Shown here: in pieces, positions 25,184-35,730 of the stretch
How the letters are laid out: every line of letters begins with the position of its first letter
Position numbering within the stretch: the stretch's first letter is position 1
Assembly: GCA_964605205.1 (NCBI GenBank)
Contig: CAZSBL010000001.1
Span: forward strand, 2,405-66,404
Direction: 5' to 3'
Source of the DNA: an uncultured Gemmatimonadaceae bacterium
GTDB taxonomy: Bacteria; Gemmatimonadota; Gemmatimonadetes; Longimicrobiales; RSA9
Length of the DNA stretch: 64,000 nt
Position numbers and translations under genes: made by a program
Notes under the pieces: generated by a model
Database searches by the model: none
What the model saw: only the letters and a program-made list of their open reading frames with translations
What the model was told of the DNA's origin: nothing

Positions 25184-26829
25184 GGAGGCGAGGCGTGGGC
25201 GAAGGACCCGGAGAGGCTCGGGTGGCCGGGGGGACCGGGGTCCGGTGGATGACGGCGGTCGGGCTGGTGGCGCTGCTGGGCATGGCGCTGGCGGCGTGCG
25301 GCGGAGATGGGGCCGCCGGTGGGGCCGGTGGCACCGTCGTCGTCGGGGTGCGTGCGGATTTCAGCGGGCTGAACCCGGTGACGAACAGCAGCATCGACAC
25401 CGACCAGGTGCTCAAGTACGGGCTGTTCACGCCGCTGATCCGCTACGACCATGACCTGCAACCGGCGCCGTACCTGGCCGAGTCGTGGGAGCTGCACGGT
25501 GATACGGCGGTGACGTTCACGCTCCGCGATGACGTGTCCTGGCACGATGGCGAGCCGGTCACGGCCGGCGACGTGAAGTTTACCTTCGACCTGGCGAAGG
25601 CGCCGGAGACGGGGTCGCTCATGGGGTCGGTCTACCTGGGCCGGGTGGCGTCGGCGGAGGTGGTGGACGCCCATACGATCCGGTTCGACTTCACGCGTCC
25701 CCACGCCCAGGCGCTCGAGGACTTCTGGTGGGCGCCGGTGCCCGAGCACCTGCTGGACGAGGTCGAGCCGGCGGCGCTGGCCAACGCGTCGTACAACCGC
25801 GCGCCGGTGGGGAGCGGGCCGTTCCGGTTCGCCGAGTGGCGCGCCAATGACCGCCTGGTGCTGGTCCCCGACACGGCGTTCCCCGAAGCGCTGGGCGGCC
25901 CGGCGGCGTCGCGGGTGGTGTTCCGGGTGATCCCGGAGCCGGCCACGCTGCTGACGGAGCTGCTGACGGGCGGCGTGCACGTGGACAACGCCGTGGAGCC
26001 GGACCAGACGCCGCAGATCGAGGCGTCGGCGTCGCTGGAACTCCATTCGTACCCGGGGACCACGCTCTACTACCTGGGGTGGAACAACCAGCGGGCTCCG
26101 TTCGACGACCCGGCGGTACGGCGGGCCATGACGGTGGCCATCGATCGGCAGGAGCTCATCGACGCGCTTCTGGCCGGGTACGGGACCCCGGCCGCGAGCA
26201 CGATCCCGCCGTGGCACCCCTACCACCCCGACATCGCGCCACTGCCACCCGACCCCGACCGGGCCCGGGTGCTGCTCCGGCAGGCGGGCTGGCGGGACCG
26301 CGACGGCGACGGCGTGCGGGAGGACGCGGCCGGCACGCCGCTGGCGTTCGAGCTCATGACCAGCGAGCGGCCGCTGAACCGGGCCATCGTGGAGGTTGTC
26401 CAGAACCGGCTGACGTCGGTGGGCGCGGACGTGGAGATCCGGGTGCTGGAGTTCCAGACCATGCTCAGCCTGCACCGCGGCCGGGACTTCGATGCCGTTC
26501 TCAGCAACTGGATCCTCGACAACTTCCAGATGGCCGCCGCGCCGTACGCGCTCTTCCACTCGAGCCAGGCGGCCATCGAGAACAGCGCCAACCGCAGCGG
26601 TGTGGCGAGCCCGCACCTCGACTCGCTGATCGAGGCAGGCGCGGCCGCTACCGACGCGGCGGCCGCCCGGCAGGTGTGGCGCGAGTTCACCGTGGCGCTC
26701 CAGGCGAAGCAGCCGTTCACGTTCATGTTCTGGCTCGATGAGCTGGCCGCGTCCAACGATGCCGTGGAGGGTGTGGCCATGGACCAGCGCGGCGAGTTCC
26801 GCACGCTCCCCCAGTGGCGACGACGGTGA
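25180..26829 (+). CDS. ABC transporter substrate-binding lipoprotein, family 5 (peptide/nickel, OppA/DppA-like)
   Basis: Track ORF 24316..26829 trimmed to Met 25180 (ATGA overlap with the upstream stop; alternative Met 25249). Lipobox LGMALAAC. Family-5 SBP architecture, followed by permease and ATPase genes. Confidence 0.85.
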   Translation: MRRRGVGEGPGEARVAGGTGVRWMTAVGLVALLGMALAACGGDGAAGGAGGTVVVGVRADFSGLNPVTNSSIDTDQVLKYGLFTPLIRYDHDLQPAPYLAESWELHGDTAVTFTLRDDVSWHDGEPVTAGDVKFTFDLAKAPETGSLMGSVYLGRVASAEVVDAHTIRFDFTRPHAQALEDFWWAPVPEHLLDEVEPAALANASYNRAPVGSGPFRFAEWRANDRLVLVPDTAFPEALGGPAASRVVFRVIPEPATLLTELLTGGVHVDNAVEPDQTPQIEASASLELHSYPGTTLYYLGWNNQRAPFDDPAVRRAMTVAIDRQELIDALLAGYGTPAASTIPPWHPYHPDIAPLPPDPDRARVLLRQAGWRDRDGDGVREDAAGTPLAFELMTSERPLNRAIVEVVQNRLTSVGADVEIRVLEFQTMLSLHRGRDFDAVLSNWILDNFQMAAAPYALFHSSQAAIENSANRSGVASPHLDSLIEAGAAATDAAAARQVWREFTVALQAKQPFTFMFWLDELAASNDAVEGVAMDQRGEFRTLPQWRRR

Positions 26830-26871
26830 GGGCCGGGCTCCTCGCACGCGCGCCGGCTTCCGGGTGGGGAT

Positions 26872-26893
26872 GCGTTGCCGGCGAGCGCAACGC
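26872..26893 (+). terminator. short hairpin after the substrate-binding protein gene
   Basis: GCGTTGC-(8 nt)-GCAACGC, 43 nt after the stop. No U-tract. Its right half overlaps the left arm of element B. Confidence 0.3.
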
Positions 26894-27063
26894 GGAACCA
26901 CGGAAGGAGCGGATCCGCGGAGCTCTCCTTCGCGAAACCCGCAGCCTTCGACGCCCCGACCGAAATCCGAAGTCATTGTTGGTGAGATCGGGTGCCCCGG
27001 AGAGGTCGGCCTTCGCCGCGAGCCTTCTGCGTTTCCGCGGGAGCATTCCGCGTTTCCGCGTTG
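26888..27063. repeat. MITE-like element B (shorter relative of element A) inside the opp operon spacer
   Basis: Left arm CAACGCGGAACCACGGAAGGAGCGGATCCGCGGAG. The reverse complement of the right arm is CAACGCGGAAACGCGGAATGCTCCCGCGGAAACGCAG. Its core shares GGTCGGCCTTCGCC with element A (GGCCGGCTTCGCC). Confidence 0.4.
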
Positions 27064-27107
27064 ATGGAAGTGTGGGTGCGCCCCGAAGGTCGGAGCGGTA
27101 GCGGCCC

Positions 27108-28091
27108 ATGCTCCGCTACGTCGGCCGTCGGCTGCTGGGCGCGATCCCGCTGGTGCTGGGGATCGCCACTATCATCTTCTTCGTGGTGAGCCTGGCACCC
27201 GGAGATCCCACGGCACTCTACTTCAACCGCAACGTGCCGCCGGAGGTACTGGACCAGATCCGGACCAACTTCGGGCTCGACCAGCCGTTGCACATCCGGT
27301 ACTGGAAGTGGCTGGCGGCGTTCCTGACGGGCGACTTCGGGTACTCGCACGCCCACGGCCGCCCGGTGGCCGCCGTGATCCTGGAAACGCTCCCGGCCAC
27401 GCTTGCGCTGGCGGGGTCGACGCTGGTGTTGATCTTCGTCCTGGGCGTAGCCACCGGCGTCTTCCAGGCGGTGCGGCAGCACAAGGTGAGCGACCGGGTG
27501 CTGAGCGTGATCTCGCTCTTCTTCTACTCGATGCCCAGCTTCTGGCTCGGGCTCATGCTCATGCTGCTCCTCTCGCTCAAGGCCCACGAGTGGGGGCTCC
27601 CCTTCGCGTTCCCACCCACGGGGATGACCAGCGTGGACTACGAGTTCCTCGGCTTCTGGGGGCGGGTGGGCGATCGGCTCGAGCACCTGGTCCTCCCGGT
27701 CCTCACCCTGACCCTGGTCATGGCCGCCGGGATCGCGCGGTTTACCCGGGGCCAGATGCTCGAGGTGATCCGGCAGGACTACATCCGGACGGCCCGGGCC
27801 AAGGGGCTGCCGGAGGCCCGGGTCATCCTGAAGCACGGGCTCCGGAACTCGCTCCTGCCGGTGATCACGCTGCTGGGGCTCTATCTCCCGCTCCTGTTCA
27901 GCGGGAGCGTGTTCGTGGAGGTGATCTTCAGCTGGCCGGGGATGGGCCGCGTCATCGTGGACGCCATCTTCCAGCGTGACTACCCGCTGGTCATGGCCAC
28001 CAGCTTCATCTTCGCCCTGGTGGTGATCCTCGGCTCGCTCATCGCCGACATCCTGTACGCGGCCGCCGACCCCCGGATCCGCTATGAATAG
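27108..28091 (+). CDS. ABC transporter permease (OppB/DppB type)
   Basis: N-terminus MLRYVGRRLLGAIPLVLGIATIIFF and a polytopic permease layout typical of DppB/OppB. Confidence 0.9.
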   Translation: MLRYVGRRLLGAIPLVLGIATIIFFVVSLAPGDPTALYFNRNVPPEVLDQIRTNFGLDQPLHIRYWKWLAAFLTGDFGYSHAHGRPVAAVILETLPATLALAGSTLVLIFVLGVATGVFQAVRQHKVSDRVLSVISLFFYSMPSFWLGLMLMLLLSLKAHEWGLPFAFPPTGMTSVDYEFLGFWGRVGDRLEHLVLPVLTLTLVMAAGIARFTRGQMLEVIRQDYIRTARAKGLPEARVILKHGLRNSLLPVITLLGLYLPLLFSGSVFVEVIFSWPGMGRVIVDAIFQRDYPLVMATSFIFALVVILGSLIADILYAAADPRIRYE

Positions 28092-29097
28092 CGCACGGAG
28101 GGCCCGCGGCGGACCCCGGACCGGGGATGCACGTCGCCGCACCTGGTGGGACCGGCTGAAGGGCGACCCGCTGGCCATGTTCGGCCTCGCGGTGGTGGTC
28201 GGGCTCGCCGTGGTGGCGGTCCTCGCCCCGCTCTTCGCGCCGTACGACCCGCTGGCCCAGGGCGACCTGTCCACCGAGGCGTACCTGCCGCCCGGGCCGG
28301 CGCACTGGCTGGGCACCGACCAGTTCGGCCGGGACCTGCTGAGCCGGATCATCTACGGCGCCCGGATCAGCCTGGCCATCGGGTTCGTGGCGGTGGCCAT
28401 CGCCGTGGTGCTGGGCTCGCTCCTCGGCGCGGTGGCCGGCTACCTCGGCGGCTGGATCGACGCCGTGATCATGCGCTTCACCGACATGGTCATGGCGTTC
28501 CCGCGGCTGGTGCTCCTGATCATGATCATCGCCCTCTTCCAGCCATCGCTGACACTGATCATCCTGGTGCTGGGGCTGACCCAGTGGCCGGGCACGGCGC
28601 GGCTGGTGCGCGGCGAGGTGCTGAGCCTCCGCGAGCAGGAGTACGTGGAGGCGGCCCGGGCGCTGGGCTTCGGCCGATGGCGCATCATCCGGCGGCACCT
28701 CCTGCCCAACGTCATGGCGCCGGTGATCGTGGCCGCCACGCTGGGGATCGGGAACACCATCGTGCTCGAGGCCGGGCTCAGCTTCCTGGGGCTCGGGATC
28801 CAGCCGCCCACGCCGAGCTGGGGCACCCTCGTGGCCGACGGGCGCCAGAATCTCCTGGGCGCCTGGTGGGTGGCCACCTTCCCGGGGCTGGCTATCGTCC
28901 TCATCGTGCTGGCGTTCAACCTGGTGGGCGACGGGCTCCGCGACGTGCTCGACCCGCGGCTCCGCGGCTCCAGCGGCCCGAGCGCCGCCGTCGCCGGGAC
29001 CGCGGCCGGAGGCGCGGGCGGCTCCAGCGCGGGCGGCTCCAGCTCGGGCGGCTCCAGCGCGGGCGGCTCGGGTGCGCCGGACGCGGGAGGCCGCTGA
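28084..29097 (+). CDS. ABC transporter permease (OppC/DppC type) with Gly/Ser-rich C-terminal tail
   Basis: 8-nt overlap with the upstream permease. DppC-like layout ([24 protein letters not shown]). Tail [24 protein letters not shown]. Confidence 0.85.
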   Translation: MNSARRARGGPRTGDARRRTWWDRLKGDPLAMFGLAVVVGLAVVAVLAPLFAPYDPLAQGDLSTEAYLPPGPAHWLGTDQFGRDLLSRIIYGARISLAIGFVAVAIAVVLGSLLGAVAGYLGGWIDAVIMRFTDMVMAFPRLVLLIMIIALFQPSLTLIILVLGLTQWPGTARLVRGEVLSLREQEYVEAARALGFGRWRIIRRHLLPNVMAPVIVAATLGIGNTIVLEAGLSFLGLGIQPPTPSWGTLVADGRQNLLGAWWVATFPGLAIVLIVLAFNLVGDGLRDVLDPRLRGSSGPSAAVAGTAAGGAGGSSAGGSSSGGSSAGGSGAPDAGGR

Positions 29098-30113
29098 TGG
29101 CGCTGCTGGAGGTGCGGGATCTACGCACGTGGTTCCATACCGACGAGGGCGTGGCCCGGGCGGTGGACGGGGTCACCTTCGATGTGGAGCGCGGCCAGGT
29201 GGTGGGGGTGGTGGGAGAGAGTGGCTCCGGCAAATCGGTGACGGCGCTCTCCATCATGGGGCTGGTGTCGGAGCCGGGGGAGATCCGGGCGGGGAGTCGG
29301 GTGGTGCTGGATGGCCGGGAGCTTACGTCGCTTTCCCCGAAGGCCATGCGCCGGGTCCGGGGCGCGGAAGTGGCGATGATCTTCCAGGAGCCGATGACGT
29401 CGCTGAACCCGATCTACCCGGTGGGCGATCAGATCGCGGAAGCGGTGCGGACGCACGCCGGACTGAAGAAAGCGGCCGCGCGAGAGCGCGCGGTGTCACT
29501 CCTCGCCCGGGTCGGGATCCCGGACCCGGAGGCCCGTGCCCACGAGTACCCGCACCAGCTGAGCGGCGGGCAGCGGCAGCGGGTAATGATCGCCATGGCG
29601 CTGGCCAACGAGCCAGCGCTGCTCATCGCGGACGAGCCGACCACGGCGCTGGATGTGACGATCCAGGCCCAGATCCTGGAGCTGCTGCTCGAGCTTCGCG
29701 CCGAGCTGGGGATGGCGGTCCTCCTCATCACCCACGACCTGGGCGTGGTGGCGGAGACGTGTGACAGGGTGGTGGTCATGTACGGCGGACAGGTGGTCGA
29801 GGAAGGACCCGTGGACACGGTATTCGACCGTCCGGCCCACCCCTACACCCGGGGGCTCCTGGACGCGGTGCCACGGCCCGACGCCCGGGGCCGCAGGCTC
29901 ACGACCATCCCCGGCGTGGTGCCCGCGCCCACGGCGTGGCCCGAGGGGTGCCGGTTCCGGCCGCGCTGTCCGTACGCGTGGGAGCCGTGCCGGCGGGACC
30001 CGTCGCTGCTTCGGGCCGGTGCCCTGCAGTACGCCCGATGCTGGCTCGTGGAGCGGCCGGAGCGACGGACCGAGGTCGACACCCATGGCTCCTCGCCGGA
30101 GGCTTCGCCGTGA
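29097..30113 (+). CDS. oligopeptide/dipeptide ABC transporter ATP-binding protein (OppD/DppD type)
   Basis: Track ORF trimmed to Met 29097 (TGATG overlap). Walker A GESGSGKS, signature LSGGQRQRV, Walker [14 protein letters not shown]-terminal [10 protein letters not shown]. Confidence 0.9.
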   Translation: MALLEVRDLRTWFHTDEGVARAVDGVTFDVERGQVVGVVGESGSGKSVTALSIMGLVSEPGEIRAGSRVVLDGRELTSLSPKAMRRVRGAEVAMIFQEPMTSLNPIYPVGDQIAEAVRTHAGLKKAAARERAVSLLARVGIPDPEARAHEYPHQLSGGQRQRVMIAMALANEPALLIADEPTTALDVTIQAQILELLLELRAELGMAVLLITHDLGVVAETCDRVVVMYGGQVVEEGPVDTVFDRPAHPYTRGLLDAVPRPDARGRRLTTIPGVVPAPTAWPEGCRFRPRCPYAWEPCRRDPSLLRAGALQYARCWLVERPERRTEVDTHGSSPEASP

Positions 30114-31087
30114 GCGCGCTGCTGGAGGTCCGGGAGCTGAAGAAGCACTTTCCCGTCCGCCGCGTCTTCGGCGGGGAGTCGGCCCCGCTCCGGGCCGTGG
30201 ACGGAGTCAGCTTCGAGATCCGGCGGGGTGAGACGCTGGGGCTGGTGGGCGAGTCGGGCTCCGGGAAGACGACGACGGGCCGGGCCATCCTCCGGCTGAT
30301 CGAGCCGACGTCCGGCGAGATCCGGTTCCGGGGCGCCGACGTCCGGGCCATGGATCCCGGTGCGCTGCGCGCGTTCCGGCGGAGCGCGCAGATCATCTTC
30401 CAGGACCCGTTCGGATCGCTGAACCCGCGGCTTACGGTGGGCGCCGCGCTGCGCGAGGTGCTCCGGGTTCACGACCTGGCGCAAGGCTCGGAGGGCCGTC
30501 GGGTCGCCGAGCTCCTCGAGCGGGTGGGGCTGCGGGCAGCGCACGGTGATCGCTATCCGCACGAGTTCAGCGGCGGGCAGCGGCAGCGGGTGGGGATCGC
30601 CCGGGCGCTGGCGGTGGAGCCCGAGTTCCTCGTGTGCGACGAGCCGGTGAGCGCGCTGGACGTGTCGGTGCAGGCCCAGGTGCTGAACCTTCTCGAGTCG
30701 CTCCAGGACCAGCTCGGGCTCGCCTACCTCTTCATCGCCCACGACCTCGGCGTGGTCGAGCACGTGAGTGACCGGGTGGCCGTCATGTACCTCGGCCGGA
30801 TCGTGGAGATGGCCGACGCGGACACGCTGGTCCGCTCGCCCCGGCACCCGTACACGCGGGCGCTCCTTTCCGCCGTGCCGATCCCCGAGCCGGGTCGGCG
30901 ACGGGAGCGGATCGTGCTCACCGGTGACGTGCCGAGCCCGGTAGACCCGCCGCCGGGGTGCCCCTTCCACCCCCGGTGTCCGCACCCCGCCAGGGACGAG
31001 GCGTGCACGCGGGCGATCCCGGCGCTGGAGCCGAAAGCGCCCGACCACGTGGCCGCGTGCATCAAGGAGCCGCGGTCCGGACGTTGA
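30110..31087 (+). CDS. oligopeptide/dipeptide ABC transporter ATP-binding protein (OppF/DppF type)
   Basis: GTG 30110 (GTGA overlap). [45 protein letters not shown]. Confidence 0.9.
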   Translation: MSALLEVRELKKHFPVRRVFGGESAPLRAVDGVSFEIRRGETLGLVGESGSGKTTTGRAILRLIEPTSGEIRFRGADVRAMDPGALRAFRRSAQIIFQDPFGSLNPRLTVGAALREVLRVHDLAQGSEGRRVAELLERVGLRAAHGDRYPHEFSGGQRQRVGIARALAVEPEFLVCDEPVSALDVSVQAQVLNLLESLQDQLGLAYLFIAHDLGVVEHVSDRVAVMYLGRIVEMADADTLVRSPRHPYTRALLSAVPIPEPGRRRERIVLTGDVPSPVDPPPGCPFHPRCPHPARDEACTRAIPALEPKAPDHVAACIKEPRSGR

Positions 31088-31219
31088 GGTGTACATCGGT
31101 CCACGGGCACCCAGCCGGCGGAGGGCGAGGAACAGGCCATGGCGCCGGGCGTTTCGGCTGTCAGAAACCTGCGCTGGTACGCGTTTTCCATGCGATGAAA
31201 CCCCGTGACCGGATCAGGG

Positions 31220-31248
31220 TTGACACCCCCCGGGGGTGCCTCTACCTT
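31220..31248 (+). promoter_or_regulatory. candidate sigma-70-type promoter for the exbB-like operon
   Basis: TTGACA-N17-TACCTT, about 85-97 nt upstream of the start. The -10 is weak. By-eye prediction only. Confidence 0.3.
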
Positions 31249-31332
31249 GCCCGATCCTGTAACAGGGTTTAGCATAATGCGCTCGTCGTCCGCAGCTCGG
31301 ACGGCACTGGCTGGTACGAATGGAGGCGAACT

Positions 31333-32031
31333 TTGAGCGGTGAAATGCTCCTGGATCTCGCGCTGCAGATTCCAGGCATGGAAGGGCCGGATCTCACGTT
31401 GTCCGAGTGGGCGGTCCAGATTTGGGAAGACGGTGGTTTCATGATGTGGCCTCTCGGGGCCGCGCTGGCCATCGGGATCGGAGTCATCATCTGGAAGCTC
31501 ATCGATCTCTCGATCACGGGCTCGCGCACCAAGAAGGTGCTGCGGCAGGTGGACGAGCGGCTCTCGGAGCGTGATATCCAGGGTGCCATGGACGCGGCGA
31601 GGGAGTCGGACAGCCCCGCGGGCGCGATCCTCCTGGCTGGCCTGGAGCGGCACGGCGAGGGCAGTGAGCGGGTGATGAAGGCCATCGAGAATGTCGGCCT
31701 GATCCAGATGGCCGGGCTCGAGAACGGCCTGGTCTGGATCGCCACCATCGCCAACGTGGCCCCGCTGCTCGGGTTCCTCGGGACGGTGATCGGGATGATC
31801 CAGGCGTTCCAGAACATCGAGGCGGCCGGTGAGGTGGAGGCCACGCTGGTGGCCGGCGGGATCAAGGTCGCGCTGATCACCACGGCCTCGGGGCTGGCCA
31901 TCGCCATCCCGATGAACATCATGCACAACTACTTCGTGACCAAGGTCGACCGGCTGGTCATCGACATGGAGGAGTCGGCGCAGAAGATGATCGACACGCT
32001 TCAGGAGATCGACGCCGGCGCCGCGGCGTGA
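31333..32031 (+). CDS. MotA/TolQ/ExbB-family proton channel protein
   Basis: Three TM helices and the conserved C-terminal block APLLGFLGTVIGMIQAF...GGIKVALITTASGLAIAIP. Start is TTG 31333 or ATG 31345. Confidence 0.8.
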   Translation: MSGEMLLDLALQIPGMEGPDLTLSEWAVQIWEDGGFMMWPLGAALAIGIGVIIWKLIDLSITGSRTKKVLRQVDERLSERDIQGAMDAARESDSPAGAILLAGLERHGEGSERVMKAIENVGLIQMAGLENGLVWIATIANVAPLLGFLGTVIGMIQAFQNIEAAGEVEATLVAGGIKVALITTASGLAIAIPMNIMHNYFVTKVDRLVIDMEESAQKMIDTLQEIDAGAAA

Positions 32032-32032
32032 T

Positions 32033-33391
32033 GTGAGCCGACGGTTCGCCGACAGCGCTGGAAAAGGCCACCGGATCGGTGGCCTTTTCCTGTTGGGGGC
32101 CCTGGCGTTCGGCTGCGTCCCCGCGGAGGGACCGCAAGCCGGGCCGGGGCCCTCCCTGCGTTTCACTCGCCCCCTGGAGCTCTACCGGGATCTGGGGCTG
32201 ATCACCGGGACCGCCGATTTCGCGGCGGTCGCCTCCATCACCACCCTGGCGGGACCGGCCGACTCCACCTACCTGCTGCTCGGGCTCTCCATGCCCACCA
32301 GCGCCCTCCGGTTCCAGCGGGAGGAGACGGGTTTCGTGGCTCGCTACGTGGTGACGCTGCGGGCGGTGCGTGACAGCCAGCGGGTGGCCGCCGTCGACCG
32401 CCACGAAACGGTCCGGGTGCACGGCTTCGCGGAGACGGCCCGGACCGAGGAGAGCGTCCTCTTCCAGACCGGGCTGACCCTCGGGCCGGGGGAGTACCGG
32501 CTGTCGCTGCGGGTCCGGGACGGGCTCAGCGCCCGGGGCTTCGAGGCGATCGATACCGTGGAGGTCCCGGCGTACGGGGCTGGCGGCCGAGCCTTCGCCC
32601 CGCCCGTGCCGGTCTTCACCGCCACGGCCCGGACCGACCGGGGCGAGAAACCGACGCTGGTGTTGAACCCGCGGCACACGGTGGCCTACGGAGACGCGGC
32701 GCCGCTGCTCTACGTGGAGGCGTACGACTCGGTGCCGGTCCGGGTCTCGCTCCGGGCCGACGGCGTGGAGGTGTGGGGCCGGGACACGGCCGGGACCGCG
32801 GTGGTGGCGCTGCCGGGCGACTCGCTCCCCATGGGCCGGCTGACGGTGGTAGCGGCGGCCGGCGGAGACAGCGCCGAGGTTCCCCTGGTGGTCACGCTGA
32901 CGGACCGCTGGGTGGTCTCGAACTTCGAGGAGGTGGCCGATATCCTCGGCTACATCGCCTCCACGAAGGAGCTGGCGGCGCTGCGGGAGGCCTCGCCGGA
33001 GGAGCGTCGCCACCTCTGGGACCACTTCTGGGAGGCCCGCGACCCGGTGCCCGCTACGCCGGGGAACGAGTACCGCGACGAGTTCTTCGACCGGGTCCGG
33101 GCGGCCACCCTCCAGTTCGGGGAGCCCGGGAGGGCGGGGTGGCGCACCGACCGCGGAGAGGTGTACATCGTATTGGGGCCGCCATCGCGGGCCATGGAGC
33201 TGCGCTACGAGAGTGCGCTGACCCCGGAGCCGCAGGCCGTCCGCTGGGTGTACCAGAGAGTGCCGGGCGGCGGCCGGCTGGGGGTGGTGTTCGTGGATCG
33301 GAACGGCTTCGGCACCTTCCGGCTCACGCAGGCGTCGGAGCTGGAGTTCCGGGCCGTGGCCCGTCGCATCAAGAACAGGGATCGTCGATGA
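32033..33391 (+). CDS. GWxTD-domain lipoprotein
   Basis: GTG start 1 nt after the exbB-like stop. Lipobox LGALAFGC. C-terminal GWRTDRGEVYIVLGPP is the eponymous GWxTD motif. Confidence 0.7.
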   Translation: MSRRFADSAGKGHRIGGLFLLGALAFGCVPAEGPQAGPGPSLRFTRPLELYRDLGLITGTADFAAVASITTLAGPADSTYLLLGLSMPTSALRFQREETGFVARYVVTLRAVRDSQRVAAVDRHETVRVHGFAETARTEESVLFQTGLTLGPGEYRLSLRVRDGLSARGFEAIDTVEVPAYGAGGRAFAPPVPVFTATARTDRGEKPTLVLNPRHTVAYGDAAPLLYVEAYDSVPVRVSLRADGVEVWGRDTAGTAVVALPGDSLPMGRLTVVAAAGGDSAEVPLVVTLTDRWVVSNFEEVADILGYIASTKELAALREASPEERRHLWDHFWEARDPVPATPGNEYRDEFFDRVRAATLQFGEPGRAGWRTDRGEVYIVLGPPSRAMELRYESALTPEPQAVRWVYQRVPGGGRLGVVFVDRNGFGTFRLTQASELEFRAVARRIKNRDRR

Positions 33392-35730
33392 AACGCGTCG
33401 TGATCGTCCTTACGCTGCTGGTCGCTGCCGTCGGGCTCCAGGCCCGGGGAGTCGAACGGGCCGCGGGCGATGACGGTCCCGCCGAATCGGTGCCCGAGGC
33501 CGTCCGCCTCGCCGCGGACCAGGGCCGCTACTGGCGCGCGGCCCGGCTCCTCGATGACCACCTGGCGGAGGCCGGGGACACGACCCCGGCCATGGTGGTC
33601 CTGGCCGCCCGGCTGAACGCCGGCTGGAGCGCCTGGGAGACCGTGCGGTCGCTCCTGGAGGGTCGTCCATGGCTGGACACGGTGGAAGAAGGTGAGGGGT
33701 GGGCGCTGCTGGGCCGGGCCCGGATCGCCCTCGGCGAGCCGGCGGCGGGCGCCGAGGCGCTGGACCGCTATCTCGAGAGCGCGGCCCCCATCGGTGAGGC
33801 GCGGGGGCGCGTCCAGCTGCGGCGGGGACTCGCCCTGTCCAGCGCGGAGGAGACGGCTGCGGCGCTGGATGCCCTCGACGAGGCCGCCGCGCTCCTGCCC
33901 TGGTTCGCCGACTGGGCCCACTACTTCGCCGCCGAAGCCGTGGCCCGGGCCGGCGACGCGGCGGAGGTGAACCGCCGACTGACGCGGGCGGTCTCCACGG
34001 GTCGCCACTGGCGGCTCCGGGTGGGTGCGGCGCTGACGGCGGCAGACACCATGGCGGCCCGGGAAGCGGCGCTGGCCGCGACCCGGCAGGGCTCGCGGAC
34101 CGACCGAGCGGAGGCGTGGGCGGAGCTCGGCCGCCTCCGGGTTGCCGCCGGCGACTCGGCCCGGGGGCGGGATGCGCTGCTGCGGGCCATGGAGAGCCGG
34201 GGCTCGCTGGGCGCGGTGGACGCCGCCCGTCATCTCTCGGCGCTGGAGCTCGGGCCCGAGGAGTGGCGCGCGGTGGCCGAGGTGTATCGGTGGCACGGGA
34301 ACGCGGCCCGGGCGGTGGAGGGGTACGAGACGTACCTCGACGCCGGGATCGGGACGGCGGCCGAGCGGGCCCGGATCCGGCTGGAGCTGGGCCGGGCGCG
34401 GTTCGATGCCGGTCGGTTCCGCCAGGCGGAGCGGACGCTCCTGGAGCTGGCGGCCGACCCGGTGCCCGACAGGATCGCGGCGGAGGCGCTGTATACGGCG
34501 GCCCGGGCCCAGTACCGGCAGGGGCGGAGCGCCGATGGGCGGGCCACGTTCCTGCGGTTGGCCGAGCGGTACCCGGGTCAGGAGGCGGTGACCCGGGGGC
34601 TGTACCTGGCCGCCGACCTGAAGCACGATGACCTGGAGCTCGATGGTCCCGACGGCGCCCGGGTCTTCTACCGCCGGGCGGCCGACGCTTCACCGGACCT
34701 GTACGAGGCGGGGCTCGCGCTGATGCGACTGGCGGGGCTCGCGTACCTGGAGGGCGACTACGCGGACGCCGCGGCGGTCTGGGAGGAGTACCGGACGCTG
34801 CACCCGGAGGGCCGGCGCATCGCCCAGGCCACCTACTGGGCCGCACGGTCGTACCAGCGGCTCGGCCGGGACTCGCTGGCGGAGGCCCGGCTGCGGCAGG
34901 TCCGCCGCGCGGACCCGCTCTCCTTCTACGGGATGCGGGCCGCCGAGGGGCTCGGCCAGTCGATCCTGGACCTCCCCATGGCGGATTCCCCCGCCCGGGA
35001 TCCGGCGGCTGAGGCCCGCATCGAGCCGGGGCTGCGCCGGGTGGACCTGCTGGCCGAGCTGGACCGGCGCGACGCGCTGGTGGAAGAGGTCGAGCGCCTC
35101 CGGCGAGCGGCTCAGGGGGAGGGCGGAGGTGGACAGGCCATGGAGTACGCCCTGGCGGAGGCGCTGAACGAGCGGGGCTACACCCTTACCGGGATCGGGA
35201 TGGGGTGGACGCTGTGGGAGGAGGCGGACGCGTGGAACCCGCGGCTCCTGCGGCTGGTCTATCCGTTCCCGTTCCGCACCCTGGTGGTCCCGGAGGCCGT
35301 GGACCGGGGGGTCGACCCCTACCTCGTGGCCGCCCTCATCCGGCGGGAGTCGGCGTTCAACCCCGTGGTGGTGAGTGGGGCCGGCGCCATCGGGCTCATG
35401 CAGATCGTTCCGGAGACCGGCCGGCAGCTGGCCCGGGCGGCGGGGCTGCGCTTCGACAGCGAGCTCCTGTACCGGCCGGAAGTCAATATCCACCTGGGTA
35501 CCCGGTTCCTCGCCCGGCTCCTGGGCCGGTACGACGAGTCGCTTCCGGTGGTCCTCGCCGCCTACAACGCCGGGCCCACCCGGGCCAACCAGTGGCGGGA
35601 ACTGCCGGAGATCGACCACCCGGAGCTCTTCATGGAGCGGGTGCCGTACCGCGAGACCCGCGACTACATCCGCAACGTGCTCGCCCACCAGGCCATCTAC
35701 CGGGCACTCTACCCGGCGGTGCTGCCGTGA
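33388..35730 (+). CDS. large soluble lytic transglycosylase (Slt70-like: helical-repeat N-domain + SLT domain)
   Basis: Track ORF trimmed to Met 33388 (ATGA overlap). Signal peptide MKRVVIVLTLLVAAVGLQA, a long Ala/Arg/Leu-rich helical-repeat region, and the catalytic block RRESAFNPVVVSGAGAIGLMQIVPETG ... AAYNAGPTRANQW. Confidence 0.8.
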   Translation: MKRVVIVLTLLVAAVGLQARGVERAAGDDGPAESVPEAVRLAADQGRYWRAARLLDDHLAEAGDTTPAMVVLAARLNAGWSAWETVRSLLEGRPWLDTVEEGEGWALLGRARIALGEPAAGAEALDRYLESAAPIGEARGRVQLRRGLALSSAEETAAALDALDEAAALLPWFADWAHYFAAEAVARAGDAAEVNRRLTRAVSTGRHWRLRVGAALTAADTMAAREAALAATRQGSRTDRAEAWAELGRLRVAAGDSARGRDALLRAMESRGSLGAVDAARHLSALELGPEEWRAVAEVYRWHGNAARAVEGYETYLDAGIGTAAERARIRLELGRARFDAGRFRQAERTLLELAADPVPDRIAAEALYTAARAQYRQGRSADGRATFLRLAERYPGQEAVTRGLYLAADLKHDDLELDGPDGARVFYRRAADASPDLYEAGLALMRLAGLAYLEGDYADAAAVWEEYRTLHPEGRRIAQATYWAARSYQRLGRDSLAEARLRQVRRADPLSFYGMRAAEGLGQSILDLPMADSPARDPAAEARIEPGLRRVDLLAELDRRDALVEEVERLRRAAQGEGGGGQAMEYALAEALNERGYTLTGIGMGWTLWEEADAWNPRLLRLVYPFPFRTLVVPEAVDRGVDPYLVAALIRRESAFNPVVVSGAGAIGLMQIVPETGRQLARAAGLRFDSELLYRPEVNIHLGTRFLARLLGRYDESLPVVLAAYNAGPTRANQWRELPEIDHPELFMERVPYRETRDYIRNVLAHQAIYRALYPAVLP

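Noticed and set aside
28963-29094. Gly/Ser-rich C-terminal tail of the OppC-type permease ([22 protein letters not shown]), encoded by imperfect GGCGGCTCCAGC repeats, as a functional linker or repeat-expansion site.
   Set aside because: It is a low-complexity tail at the end of a conserved permease. It is plausible but uninformative. It overlaps the oppD start region and may partly reflect constraints of the overlapping gene junction.
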